Origin: Batkoa obscura
Taxonomy: Eukaryota
DNA: 64,000 bases
Assembly: GCA_030770535.1 (NCBI GenBank)
Contig: JASVEC010000001.1
Location: 124,001 to 188,000 of the forward strand
Direction of reading: 5' to 3'
Shown: positions 25,611 to 36,950 of the stretch, piece after piece
How positions within the stretch are numbered: the stretch's first letter is position 1
Layout of the letters: every line of letters starts with the position of its first letter
Made by a program: the position numbers and the translations under genes
The notes under the pieces: generated by a model
Seen by the model: the letters and a program-made list of their open reading frames with translations, nothing else
Databases searched by the model: none
Told to the model about the DNA's origin: nothing

Positions 25611-26513
25611 TTATTTTTTAAAAAAATTTTTAACCTGCTCTCGAAACTCTTCGGCCTCATGCTTAACGCCAGTATGAAAGAACAAGATCAATGCGGTATT
25701 AGCAAAAAAACTAAGACCAAAAGAGATAAGTCCCACATAATGTAAGGGATCGATAGCATCAATAAATCTCGCTTTGTTTAAACAAGCTAATATTGCTTCA
25801 ATAGAAAACAATATATTTCCAATAAACATCAATAATCCATATGCTGTTAAGCTGATATAATTTTTAGTGATTGCAACTTCGAACTCTTTGTATCTTTTTT
25901 TATGACTGGTACTTGGTTCAGTTTCTGTATCCTGGACTTTTTGAAACCTGTTCACTCTTTTAGATGTCTCATAATAGCAATATATGATTATTAGTACCGT
26001 AGAAACGCAAATAAAATCTCTAAAGAAATGAGTGAATGCAGCTAGGGTATAATCGGCTACATTAAGATGACAAATATAATTTGTAGATCCACGTACAAAG
26101 GCACCAATTGCTATACATACAGTCAGTAGAATGAAAAAAACAATTGAGCTGACAATCAAGATCCATTTAACTATTCTTATCACTTTGGACTTTTTATAGA
26201 TTAATAAACACTCAATAGCTAAAAAAGCATTGAACAAAACCTCTAGATAAGCAATAACCTCATAAAAAAACCCAGTGAGTGTGCAAGCAGTGTGATTTAA
26301 GGTAAGTTTATTTCTAGTTACTTGAGTGTAAATGTAATCGACTATCAGTAAAATTGCTATTAACAGTTCTAAATTGGCAATCAAAATAATAAGTTTAACA
26401 TCTTTTTTTTTAATTAGGATTCGTGTTGCAAATAATATCAATAAGAAACAGGTGATGATAATAAACACATTAAGTACTATTGAGAAATTATAAAAGAGGG
26501 TAGTAATATCCAT
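25611..26513 (-). CDS. 7TM family 2 array copy 3, intronless class-A-GPCR-like receptor, 300 aa
   Basis: Seven hydrophobic segments; TAC, AIECLL, YICHL, LILFFHTGVKHEA. Confidence 0.88.
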   Translation of the reverse strand: MDITTLFYNFSIVLNVFIIITCFLLILFATRILIKKKDVKLIILIANLELLIAILLIVDYIYTQVTRNKLTLNHTACTLTGFFYEVIAYLEVLFNAFLAIECLLIYKKSKVIRIVKWILIVSSIVFFILLTVCIAIGAFVRGSTNYICHLNVADYTLAAFTHFFRDFICVSTVLIIIYCYYETSKRVNRFQKVQDTETEPSTSHKKRYKEFEVAITKNYISLTAYGLLMFIGNILFSIEAILACLNKARFIDAIDPLHYVGLISFGLSFFANTALILFFHTGVKHEAEEFREQVKNFFKK

Positions 26514-27626
26514 TTAAAAACTAAAGTTGTTTATTAGAAAAACTGAAAGTCCCTCCTTTATGTTATTTATATCTTTTTTTATACAATTATTTAGGTAAGA
26601 TAATTTATTAGTTGACCCTTTGGTTACCAAGTTCTTCGAAAAAATTCGCTCAGTTGGATCAAATTTTTTTGCTTAACTGGGCTAAATTGAGCGTTAGGTC
26701 CATAATAGTCAATTTCGGTATAAAAGAATTGGATTAGTCTAACTTATATGTGGTAATTAAAGAAACCGGTCTATTTTATGACTATTGATTTAATAGTTTA
26801 ATTTTTAATTATATATGAAACTTACATTCAACCAAGATTTGAGGCTCAAGTCTTTGGAATCCCAAAGAAGAGGTTACCTAGTAAAGAGTGCTTGCCTGGT
26901 AAGGTGCACTCAAATAGGCTTTTAAGTCAAAAATCAATTCATGTTACAATTTAGGTAAAGGTTTAATAAACAAAGTTTACTCTTTTTAAAAAAAAATCTA
27001 CTTCAATAGTTGAATTTTAAATTTTCCATCAAAATACAGGAATTTCTACAACTTCTATAGATAAAATAGAACCAAAATACAAAGTGTATCAGATCTACAA
27101 CTATTGAAAATAAGGATGAATAGGAGGTTGGAGCAAATTTGCCAAATAGTCTTATAGTTTGCTTCTTTGATCTTATTAACCTGTATAAATGTATTCTTAA
27201 ATATCTACAACCTTAATCCTCCGGATATAATAACCATAAAGCATAAAAATGACAAAATTAAAACTAATATACTATAATCATAGCACTTTAAATTGCTTTG
27301 AAAATGCTACATATATGGAGCATTTGGTGTAATCGTTTAACTTTACAACTTGATTTGTAATAACAAACAATATCAGATAAATGTTAATAAAAAGTTGTTA
27401 AATAGTTTAAATGGCTTAAAAATATAAACTGCCAAATCTGAAATAAGAAAATTTAAAATTAAGTGCTCTATTATACTGATGCTTATTTTAATCGAGTTAT
27501 TAAAAGCCAAAAAAAATAAAAGCAAACTTAATAATCATTGGGTTTTATTTAAGATAACCACTAAACATATCAATTAGTAATTCGCTTTCAAACAATCAGA
27601 GAATGACCCTTCCAGCAAAATATTTT

Positions 27627-28550
27627 TCATCCATGCCATCGCTTATTCATCTTTTGATAAAACCCTTTTATCTGCCCATAAAACTTTTCGGCTTCATGTC
27701 TAATCCCAGTATGGAAAAATAAAATTAGTGCAGTATTGGCGATGAATCCCACACATGTACAGGTAAGCCCTATATAATGAAGGGGATCGATAATTGGGGT
27801 AAATCTCGGTTTGTCCAAAACCTTTAATATCACTTCGGTAGGAAACACTAGATTTGCAGTAAGCATAAACACACCATACACTGTTAAACTTATATAGGTC
27901 TTAATGATAGCAAGTTGATATTCTTTAGATCTCTCTTTTTGCTTGGTGCTTAATTCAAACCCATCATTCTGTACTTTTCGAAACCCATTCACCTCTTTAG
28001 ATATCTCATAATAGCAATAGAGACACACAAGCACCCCACCAATACAATTAAAATCTCTAAAGAGATGGGTGAATGCAGCCAAGGCATAATTGGTCGCATC
28101 AAGGAGACAAATGTGCCTGGTAGATCCATGCATAAACATTCGAAGTGCTGAGCATATGATAAGTAGGATTAAGAATATGATTGAATTGATAGCTAAGATC
28201 CAATAAACTAGTTTTAGTATTTTAGACTTTCTAAAGATTAACACACGTTCAATGGCCAAAAAAGCATTAAATATAATCTCATAAAAAGCGACAATTTCAT
28301 AGAAAAAACCAGTGACTGTGCAAGCAGTAAGGTTATAGATTACTTTTTCACCATTTACAAGAGCATAGATAGGATCCGTTGACGTTAATATTGGTATTAA
28401 GAGTTCTATGACTCCTATTAAAATGATGAGTTTAACATCGTTACTTTTGGTTGGAATTCGTGATGCAAATAAAATCAATAAAAAGCAGATGATAATGATA
28501 TTTATACTAAAGACTACTGAGCAGTAATAATAAACGGTGGCGGCATCCAT
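27627..28550 (-). CDS. 7TM family 2 array copy 4, 307 aa
   Basis: TAC, AIERVL, HICLL, LILFFHTGIRHEA. Confidence 0.88.
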   Translation of the reverse strand: MDAATVYYYCSVVFSINIIIICFLLILFASRIPTKSNDVKLIILIGVIELLIPILTSTDPIYALVNGEKVIYNLTACTVTGFFYEIVAFYEIIFNAFLAIERVLIFRKSKILKLVYWILAINSIIFLILLIICSALRMFMHGSTRHICLLDATNYALAAFTHLFRDFNCIGGVLVCLYCYYEISKEVNGFRKVQNDGFELSTKQKERSKEYQLAIIKTYISLTVYGVFMLTANLVFPTEVILKVLDKPRFTPIIDPLHYIGLTCTCVGFIANTALILFFHTGIRHEAEKFYGQIKGFYQKMNKRWHG

Positions 28551-29354
28551 TTTTGACTTAATTTTATCTTTATAAGAACGTTCAGTTTTATGCTATTTAT
28601 ATCTTTTTTTAAATTTTCTGGGTAATAGCTAGTTTATTGGTCAACTCTTTGGATACCAATTCTTGAAAGGTTAAACGAAAGTTTGCTTGTCAAAAAGTAC
28701 TAGCTTTTTTATGGTGCGCTCGACAAGTTTCTAACCCTGAAACAAACCAATTTTATCGTTTTTGATATATGGTCTAATAAACAAAAGATATCCTTTAAAA
28801 CAAATAAACTTCTGGTATTTTGTAAAATAACCGACTTAATATAAATTTGTCCTTATTAAATGCAGGAATTTGCATAACCTCATTTGTAAAATGAAACCAA
28901 AAACAAGTTGTAGCGGCGCTACAGGCGTTATTTTTGATCTTACGCTTTTGTAAGGAGCATTTAGTACTGGAGTGAAAAGCGACGAAATCATATTTGTATC
29001 ACCTAAAAGTTAAGGTGGATTAAAAGATTAAATACAATAGATTTTCGTATGAAGTAATAAAGAGTGATAAAAAATTATCCTGAATTAGCTTATTTTTGAT
29101 GTGTTACTTTTTTTCAAAATACTGCTTGTCATTTTACAAATATTATTCTATTCCTTTACAACAATAGATTGAAAAATGCCTAAATATTAAAGGCTATTGA
29201 ACTTAGCAAAGCATTAGCCTTAAAAATGATTCAGCCAAATAGAAAAACCAAATTTTATTAGAAAATGAGTAATCGAATTTAGTTTAAATTCAATAATTTT
29301 ATATTTAAACAGAACTTTAATCTCATTCTTTTGTTGAGATTTAAAAATCAATAT

Positions 29355-29454
29355 GGGGATGTATTTTTTTGTTTAAGAATTTTATTAACAATCTTTCCAC
29401 TCAAATAACGCTTAGAAAATGGAAAAAATAACGAAGCCAAAAAAAAACACCCTC
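29355..29454 (+). mobile_element. ~99-bp MITE, TSD ATAT
   Basis: GGGGATG...CACCCTC flanked by ATAT/ATAT. Confidence 0.9.
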
Positions 29455-30212
29455 ATATAATAAAATCAAGCTTTATAATTTCACTCAAAATACTGAAAGT
29501 TTTGAACTTTTTTACTTATTTTTGCTCCAATAAATTATTATAACTTGTAAAAAAAGATTTTACGTATCCTAATTTAGAAAAACCTCTAACAAACTCAAGC
29601 AGGCTTAATTCAAAGTTATGAAAGTCATTACATTATTACATTTAAACCTAACTACACAACTATTAAAAAAGTTTAAATGTGAGGCTACAAAAAACTAGCT
29701 AACCACATTTATCATTTGCTGTTTTTATTTTGTTAGCTTGTATAAAACTATTCTTAAATATCCACAACCTTAATCCCAGATAAAAAAGCTATAAATCATA
29801 AAAATGACAAAATTAAAGCTAATACACCACAATTAATAATACTTTAATTTACTTTAAATGCTGCATATACAAATAAAACATTTGGTATAATTATTTATAT
29901 ATTGAAGCTTAATTTATAATAATAAATGATGCTAAATAAATGCAAATAAAACGTTGTCGAATAGTTTAAATGGCTTCAAAGATAAACTACAAAATCTCAA
30001 GTGAGAAAAATTGTAATTAAAATGTTATATTAATATTAGCATTTTAATCAAGTCGTAAAAAATGCCAAGAAAATCCTTTATAAAAGTGATTTCATCCATG
30101 CTATGATTTATATATAAAATAAAACAAATAGATATATTAGTTAAATACCCTTTTTAAGCTATGAGAATTAAACCTTTTAATAAAACCTCAATCGATGCTC
30201 TTACTTGCTTGT

Positions 30213-31107
30213 CTTTTAAAAAATCCTTTAACCTGATCTTAAAACTTTTTAGCCTCATGTCTAACCCCAGTATGGAAAAACAAGGTCAAAGTTGAATTAG
30301 CAAAAAATTCAAAGCAAAAAAACAGAACTCCAATAACATGAAGGGAGTTGATAGCATTACCAAATCTTACTTCATCCAAACAGCTCAATATCCCTCTGAT
30401 GAAAAACGAGCCACACGCAGTAAGCGTCAATATACCATATACTGATAAACTTATATAGGCTTTAATGATGGCAACTCGAAACTTTTTTGACCTTAATTTA
30501 TGACTGGTGCTTAGCTCAATTTCATTATTCTGTATTTTTCGAAATCCATTTACTTTTTTGGATATCTCATAACAGCAATAAATGATTGTAAGTATCCCAC
30601 CTAAAATATTAAAATCCCTAAAGAAATGTGTGAATGTAGCTAAAGTATAGCTCATCATATTAAGATGTCAAAGAAAATCGATAACTCCAGGCATGATGGC
30701 ACCAGGTATTGCACACAAAATCATCAGGGTTAAGAAAATGATTGAGTTGATAGTTAAGATCCATTTAACTACTCTTATTATTTTAGATTTTTTAAAAATC
30801 AAAACACATTCAATGCCCAAAAAAGTATTGAATATAGCCTCGTAATGAAAAACAAATTCATAAAAGAAGCCAGTGGCTGTGCAAGCAGCATGATTATAGA
30901 GCATTTGTTCGCCATTTACTTGGGCATAGATAGGTTCCACAATATTTGATAATGGCGCTATGAGTTTAATGATTACAATTAGAATGAGGAGCTTAATGTT
31001 ATTGCCTTTATTTGGGATCCATAGTGCAAATAATAACACCAAGGAACAAACGATAACAACACATACGCTAAATATTATTGAAAATATATCGAGACAATTT
31101 TATTCAT
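30213..31107 (-). pseudogene. 7TM family 2 array copy 5, pseudogene
   Basis: Split into ORFs 30668-31042 and 30239-30658; frameshifts near the ATG and mid-gene, premature TAA at 30239. Confidence 0.85.
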
Positions 31108-32139
31108 TATAAAATAACAATTGTTTCCAAAACAACATGTTGATTTTTATGATTTTTATATCTTTTTTAATTTAATTAGTTACATAATAAATAAATATTA
31201 ATATACACATTGAATATCAAGTTTTAAAAAATCAACTCAATCAGGATCCCTTGATTAATTAGACTAAATATATTGAACTTATTTCGTTACAATTAAACTT
31301 TAGTATATAAAAATTGGACGCATCTAGTCCATTAAGATTCTATTAGTTCTCCCCATAAATGACTAGAATTTTTTTTGGAAAAAATGGGTAGGATTATATA
31401 ATTGCAATGGAGAGGTCCTACTTAAAAAAACTATATTTTATAAGACAAAACTTAAACAAGGATTGTGTTTCAAGGATCAAAAAAATGATGTTGTATCTAA
31501 TAATCTTTTGCTTATTTTTTATACCCAAACTAATACTTTGGCACAAAAAAATGGACAAGTATAGATTACAAAAGTATTTGAAGGGCTAAATTTGCTTTGT
31601 GACTATCTTTTATAAATGTGATATAACCTTAATACCTAATAATCTATCTACAGTCAATGTTTGAGTTTAAGTCTTAGTGAGGTTAAAGAAAAGGTAAGCT
31701 TTTAAAGCACTCTTACCAGTTAGAGTACCCTCGAGCAGGTTTCTTACTCTAAAACAAATTAATTTTATCATTTTTGTAAATAATTTAATTGACAAAATCC
31801 ATTCTTTTTAATAAAAATAGAACTTTTCATTAAAAACAGGATTTGAATTAATCTTGTAAAAATAAAATCAAAATGCAGAGTGTAGCGTACCTACAACTAT
31901 AAAATAAGGGACGAATATGAGGCTTCAGCAAATTAAGCTTATCAACCTTATGGTTTATTACTTTTATTTTTTTTGCTTATACAAAACTATATTAATATAT
32001 TAATAATTTTAACCCTATGAATGAAAACGACTACAAAGAATAAAAAATTACAGAGTTCAGACTAAAAAAGCCAAATCAACAATGCTTCGATTTGCTTTGA
32101 AAATGCTACGTACAACTTCTTCAATTCAGGTATAAGGCT

Positions 32140-32540
32140 GCAGGTGGCGGCCAAGAAGTGAAGGGACCCTTTTGCGAATTTTTATGCGTTTCGATAAAGA
32201 ACCAATTTTCTGCAATAAATGCACAGAAGCTGATTAACTCGTTCTAACTGATTAAAAGTTAAACTCTACTCTAGCCCTAACTAGCCCTAACTTTTGTCAT
32301 ATGGAGATATTTTTTTTTGTTTAAGAATTTTACCAATAGTCTTTCCACTCAAATAGCGCTTAAAAAATGGAAAAAGTGATGAAACCAAAAAAAACATCCT
32401 CATATATAAGTTGTTTTTAAGCTTTTGAGTCTCTTGTTTCTTTTTTTTTGATTGGCATTTCTTTTAACTATAAGAAAATAAATTTTGCAAAAATCGGCAG
32501 AAGAAAAAAGTCCTTACTCTCCTTGACTGCCACTCAACTA
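32140..32540. mobile_element. Degenerate TIR element carrying a nested MITE
   Basis: GTGGCGGCCAAGAAGTGAAGGGAC at the left pairs imperfectly with GTCCTTACTCTCCTTGACTGCCAC at the right; segment absent from sister array spacers. Confidence 0.5.
32303..32401 (+). mobile_element. ~99-bp MITE, TSD ATAT
   Basis: GGAGATA...CATCCTC flanked by ATAT/ATAT. Confidence 0.9.
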
Positions 32541-32890
32541 TACAATGAAAATTTGATTATAACTATTTAAACATTATCGTTTATTTATGATATCAAATGG
32601 CTTTAAAAGGATAACAGTAAAAATTGCCCAAATATTTTTAACGATTTTAAAACACAAATAATCAAAATGAACAAGGAATATCGGAGTTGGAGTACTATAT
32701 CATCCAAGTATTTATTTCAATTGGGTTATAGAAAATATCAAAAACAAACTATACAAACCAGAAATTAAAATAAAAATTTACTCACCATTATATTTTATTT
32801 ATGATAATAATAAGAATCAACTAAAAATTGTTTCAAACATTGCAGATAAAATCTTTTAACAAAACATCTTTTGTCAACAACATCACCTAT

Positions 32891-33793
32891 TCATCTTTTA
32901 AAAAATTCCTTAGCTTGGCCATAAAACTTTTGAGCTTCATGCCTGATCCCAGTATGGAAAATCAATATCAACCCAGTGTTAGCAACAAATCCCATACAAT
33001 AAAAGGCAAGTCCTATATAGTGAAGGGGATCGCCAATCATTGTAAATTTTGATTTATCCAAATAATTCAGCATTGCCTCAGTGGAAAATGCTAGATTTCC
33101 AGAAAACATCAATACTCCGTATATTGTTAAACTTATATAAGTTTTAATAATAACAGTTTGATACTCTTTGGATCTTTCTTTATGACTGATGCTTAATTCA
33201 AGCCCATTATCTTGCACTTTTAGAAACCCATTTACTTGTTTAGATATCTCACAGTAGCAATGTATACATATAGTTACCGCACCAAGACAAATAAAATCTC
33301 TAAAAAAATGGGTAAAGGTAGCTAAAGGATAATCGGCCACATCAAGATGACAAATATAAGTACTAGGCCCACGTATATAGGCACCAATTGCTGTACATAC
33401 AATCAGTAATACTGAGAAAACCGTTGAATTGATAATCAAAATCCAATAAACTAGTCTTATCGCTTTAGATTTTTTAAAAATCAATACACGTTCAATGGCC
33501 AAAAAAGCATTAAATAAAACCTCAAAATAAGCAACAATCTCATAAAAAAAGCCAGTGATTGTGCAAGCAGTATGATTGAATATCACTTTTCCACCAGTTA
33601 TTTGAGTGTAAATGGGATCCACTGCCATTAAGGTTGGTACTAAGAGCTCTACAATGGCAATTAAAACAATGAATTTGATATCTTTGCCTTTATTTGGAAT
33701 TCTTGTTGCAAATAATACCAACAAAAAGCAAACAATGGTAATACATATACTAAATACTATTGCGCAGTTATAATAGAAATCAGCGAAATACAT
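32891..33793 (-). CDS. 7TM family 2 array copy 6, 300 aa
   Basis: TAC, AIERVL, YICHL, LILIFHTGIRHEA. Confidence 0.88.
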   Translation of the reverse strand: MYFADFYYNCAIVFSICITIVCFLLVLFATRIPNKGKDIKFIVLIAIVELLVPTLMAVDPIYTQITGGKVIFNHTACTITGFFYEIVAYFEVLFNAFLAIERVLIFKKSKAIRLVYWILIINSTVFSVLLIVCTAIGAYIRGPSTYICHLDVADYPLATFTHFFRDFICLGAVTICIHCYCEISKQVNGFLKVQDNGLELSISHKERSKEYQTVIIKTYISLTIYGVLMFSGNLAFSTEAMLNYLDKSKFTMIGDPLHYIGLAFYCMGFVANTGLILIFHTGIRHEAQKFYGQAKEFFKR

Positions 33794-34674
33794 TTGAAAA
33801 TTATATTCAGCTTGCCAAAGAACTTTTTTTTACTTTTATCTTATTTATGTCTTTTTAAACTATTTGCATAACAGATATTTTATTAACTGACCCTTTGAGT
33901 ACCAAGTTTTGTTAGGGCTAAAGAAGAGGTTACTTGTTAAAATAGGCCTACCGGTCAAAGTACATCCAAGCAGGTTCCCAACTCTAAAACAAATCAATTT
34001 TACAATTTTAGATAAAACCATCATAAAAAAATTCAAGCATTTTAAGAAACTGAACTTTTTAGTTTTATAAAAATAACTTTTGGTGTAAGGGAAACTTTTA
34101 ATTTTTTATTAAAATTAATGAATTTGTATAAATTTTAATAAAAAGAACTCAAAATGTAATCATAATAAATCCATAACCATTAAAAAAGGTTAAATATGAG
34201 GTTACAAAAAGTTACCTGACAAGTCTTACGACTAATCGCTTTTATCTTATTGGCATGTACAAAGTTATTCTTAAATATCAACAACTTTAATCCCCCAGAT
34301 TAAAAATCTACAAAGCACGAAGATGACAAATTTAAAACCAATACATCCCAATTAATTACATTTTATCTGCTTTAAATTACTGCATATACAAGACATTTGG
34401 TTATAATTATTTATACATTGAAGCTTAATTTGTAATACTAAAAAGTAGCTAAGAGGATTTAAATGGCCAAAAACTTATCAAAATCAAAATGTAATATTAA
34501 TACTACTATCTCTTTCAATTGGATTATAAAAATTCAAACCAAATTACAAAAGCAATTTTATTCATTGTTGTATTACATTTTAATCCAAACTTTAAATGTA
34601 TTAATTAACAGTCCGTTTTAAGCGATAAAAACAAAATACTCAACAAAATATTTTTCATCAGCCTCATTGCTTAT

Positions 34675-35574
34675 TTATCTTCTAAAAAATTCCTTAATCT
34701 GATCTCGAAACTTTTCAGCCTCATGCCTGATCCCAGTATGAAAAAACAGAATTAAAGTAGAATTAGCGACAAATCCCACAGCAAAAAAGATAGCTCCAAC
34801 AATATGGAGGGTATCAGCAACACTAATAAATCTCCCTTCATCCAAATAATTTAATATTGTCTCAACCAAAAATCCTGTGTTTCCAGTAGTCATTAGTATT
34901 CCATAAATCGATAAGGTTATATAAGTTTTAACGATAGCAGTCTGATAATCTTTAGCTCTTAACCTGTTGTTGGAATTTAGGTCAAATTCATTATCCTGTA
35001 CTTTTCGGAACCCATTCACTTCTTTAGATATCTCATAATAACAATAAATGATTGTAAGTATCCCTGCGAAACAATTAAAATCTCTAAAGAAATGTGTAAA
35101 AGTAGCTAAAGGATAATTAACTACATCAAGATGACAAGAGAAATTGGTAGCTGCGCGTACAAAAGCACCAGTTATTGCACAAATAATTAATAAGAGTAAA
35201 AAGATGATGGAGTTGATAAATAATATCCAATAAATTATTCTTATTATTCTGGATTTTTTAAAAATTAATACACGTTCAATGGCCAAAAAAGCATTGAATA
35301 ACACTTCAAAATAAAATATAAGTACATAAAAAAAGCCTGTGATTGTACAACCTGCAAAATTATATATCATTTTTTCACCTTGGACTCGAGCGTAGATTGA
35401 ATCCGCAATTATTAGAACTGGCAATAAGAGCTCTAAAGTAGCTATTGAGATAATCAGCTTAACGTCATTCTTTTTTATTGAGATTCGTGTTGCAAATAAT
35501 AACAATAACAAGCAAGTGATAAAGACAATCACATTTAATATTAAGGTAATGGTATAGAAGGCAGTGAAATTCAT
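34675..35574 (-). CDS. 7TM family 2 array copy 7, 299 aa
   Basis: AGC, AIERVL, FSCHL, LILFFHTGIRHEA. Confidence 0.88.
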   Translation of the reverse strand: MNFTAFYTITLILNVIVFITCLLLLLFATRISIKKNDVKLIISIATLELLLPVLIIADSIYARVQGEKMIYNFAGCTITGFFYVLIFYFEVLFNAFLAIERVLIFKKSRIIRIIYWILFINSIIFLLLLIICAITGAFVRAATNFSCHLDVVNYPLATFTHFFRDFNCFAGILTIIYCYYEISKEVNGFRKVQDNEFDLNSNNRLRAKDYQTAIVKTYITLSIYGILMTTGNTGFLVETILNYLDEGRFISVADTLHIVGAIFFAVGFVANSTLILFFHTGIRHEAEKFRDQIKEFFRR

Positions 35575-35753
35575 TTAAAAGATAATAATTGATTTCTTGA
35601 AAAAGAGTGCACCCCTTTTACTTTCGATCGCTATTTATGCTTTCTTATTCACTTTATCGAATAATAGGTGATTTATTATTAGGTTTATTTTATAGTTATT
35701 TGCGTAATTAATTTATTAATCATAGCTAAAAGAACAATTTCATAGTTAGATAT

Positions 35754-35852
35754 GGCAGTGTATTTTTGTGTTTAAGAATTTCACAAACAATTTTTCCGCT
35801 CAAATAGCGCTTAAAAGATAGAAAAAATAATGAACCCAAAAAAGACACTCTC
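35754..35852 (+). mobile_element. ~99-bp MITE, TSD ATAT
   Basis: GGCAGTG...CACTCTC flanked by ATAT/ATAT, 180 bp upstream of the array copy 7 ATG. Confidence 0.85.
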
Positions 35853-36950
35853 ATATAGTCATAACTAGTTGATATAGAATTACTTAACACCTTTATAGTT
35901 CAGTATTATATTATATTAAATTACACGCTTATGATATATAACTTTTGATGTTTATTAAATCTATGATGAATAGAGTTCCATCAATCATGAGAGTAACAAA
36001 ATATAATTTATTACAAAAACCTGCTTTTAACATAACAAATGGCTCTTAATTTATCTAAAATGATAAAATAGCATCAAAATCAAAAATAATGAAAATAATG
36101 AGATAACAATTGATGAGTTATAGACTAAAAGAAAAGCTTTTAATTTTCATAGTGTATCCCAGTTTAATTTAGATATGATTTATTTGAATTAAATTAAATT
36201 TAAAAATTCAAAGAAAACCACTTTATTTAATATTATAAAGAATATTCTATTATTATTATTATTCTAATAATAATAATTTTCAATAAAAAAAAACCAAAAT
36301 CTAAATAACAATGATTTATATAGTCGACTATCAAGGCTTAAGTTTAAGATGTTCTTTATTTACCGCAATACCCAAACCTAAAGTTATATGATCGTTTATT
36401 AATATATTATGTTTTTAGGCCTAGTCAATTATAATTTATAAACTCTATTATGAGGCAATCTTATATTTGACTAAATTACAAAATTTTAAAATTAACAGGT
36501 TATAAAAAATAAAAAATTTAATAAGAGTATTAAAAATAACCATGACATACTATTTTTAATAGACTTATATTGTTTTAAAGTGTTGCTTTATATAGTTTTA
36601 TCTTGTTTATAAACTATGCGTATAATGCATAGTGTACTTTTTATTTTTTTATTTTGATAGTTTACTATCAGCTATTATCTTTAATCCATTATAAAGAAAT
36701 TAATTTTAGTATTTATTAGAAATTGTAGTAACTATTGTTTAGTTACTACTTATGGTAGATCGTGGAAGTAAATAGCTTCCGATTTATAACTAAATAGAGG
36801 CCTTTTTAAATGCATATACTATCAAATATCAGGTTATGATTTTTAATAATATTCAGCTCAATCCGATACCAATTTTAAATTTAAAAAAGATTATAAAAAA
36901 CGCTATAAAAAACTTGACACATAAACAAATATGGCCTAACTTTAATACTC

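Noticed and set aside
21237..35574. Array proteins as opsins
   Set aside because: No Lys in the seventh hydrophobic segment for a retinal Schiff base.
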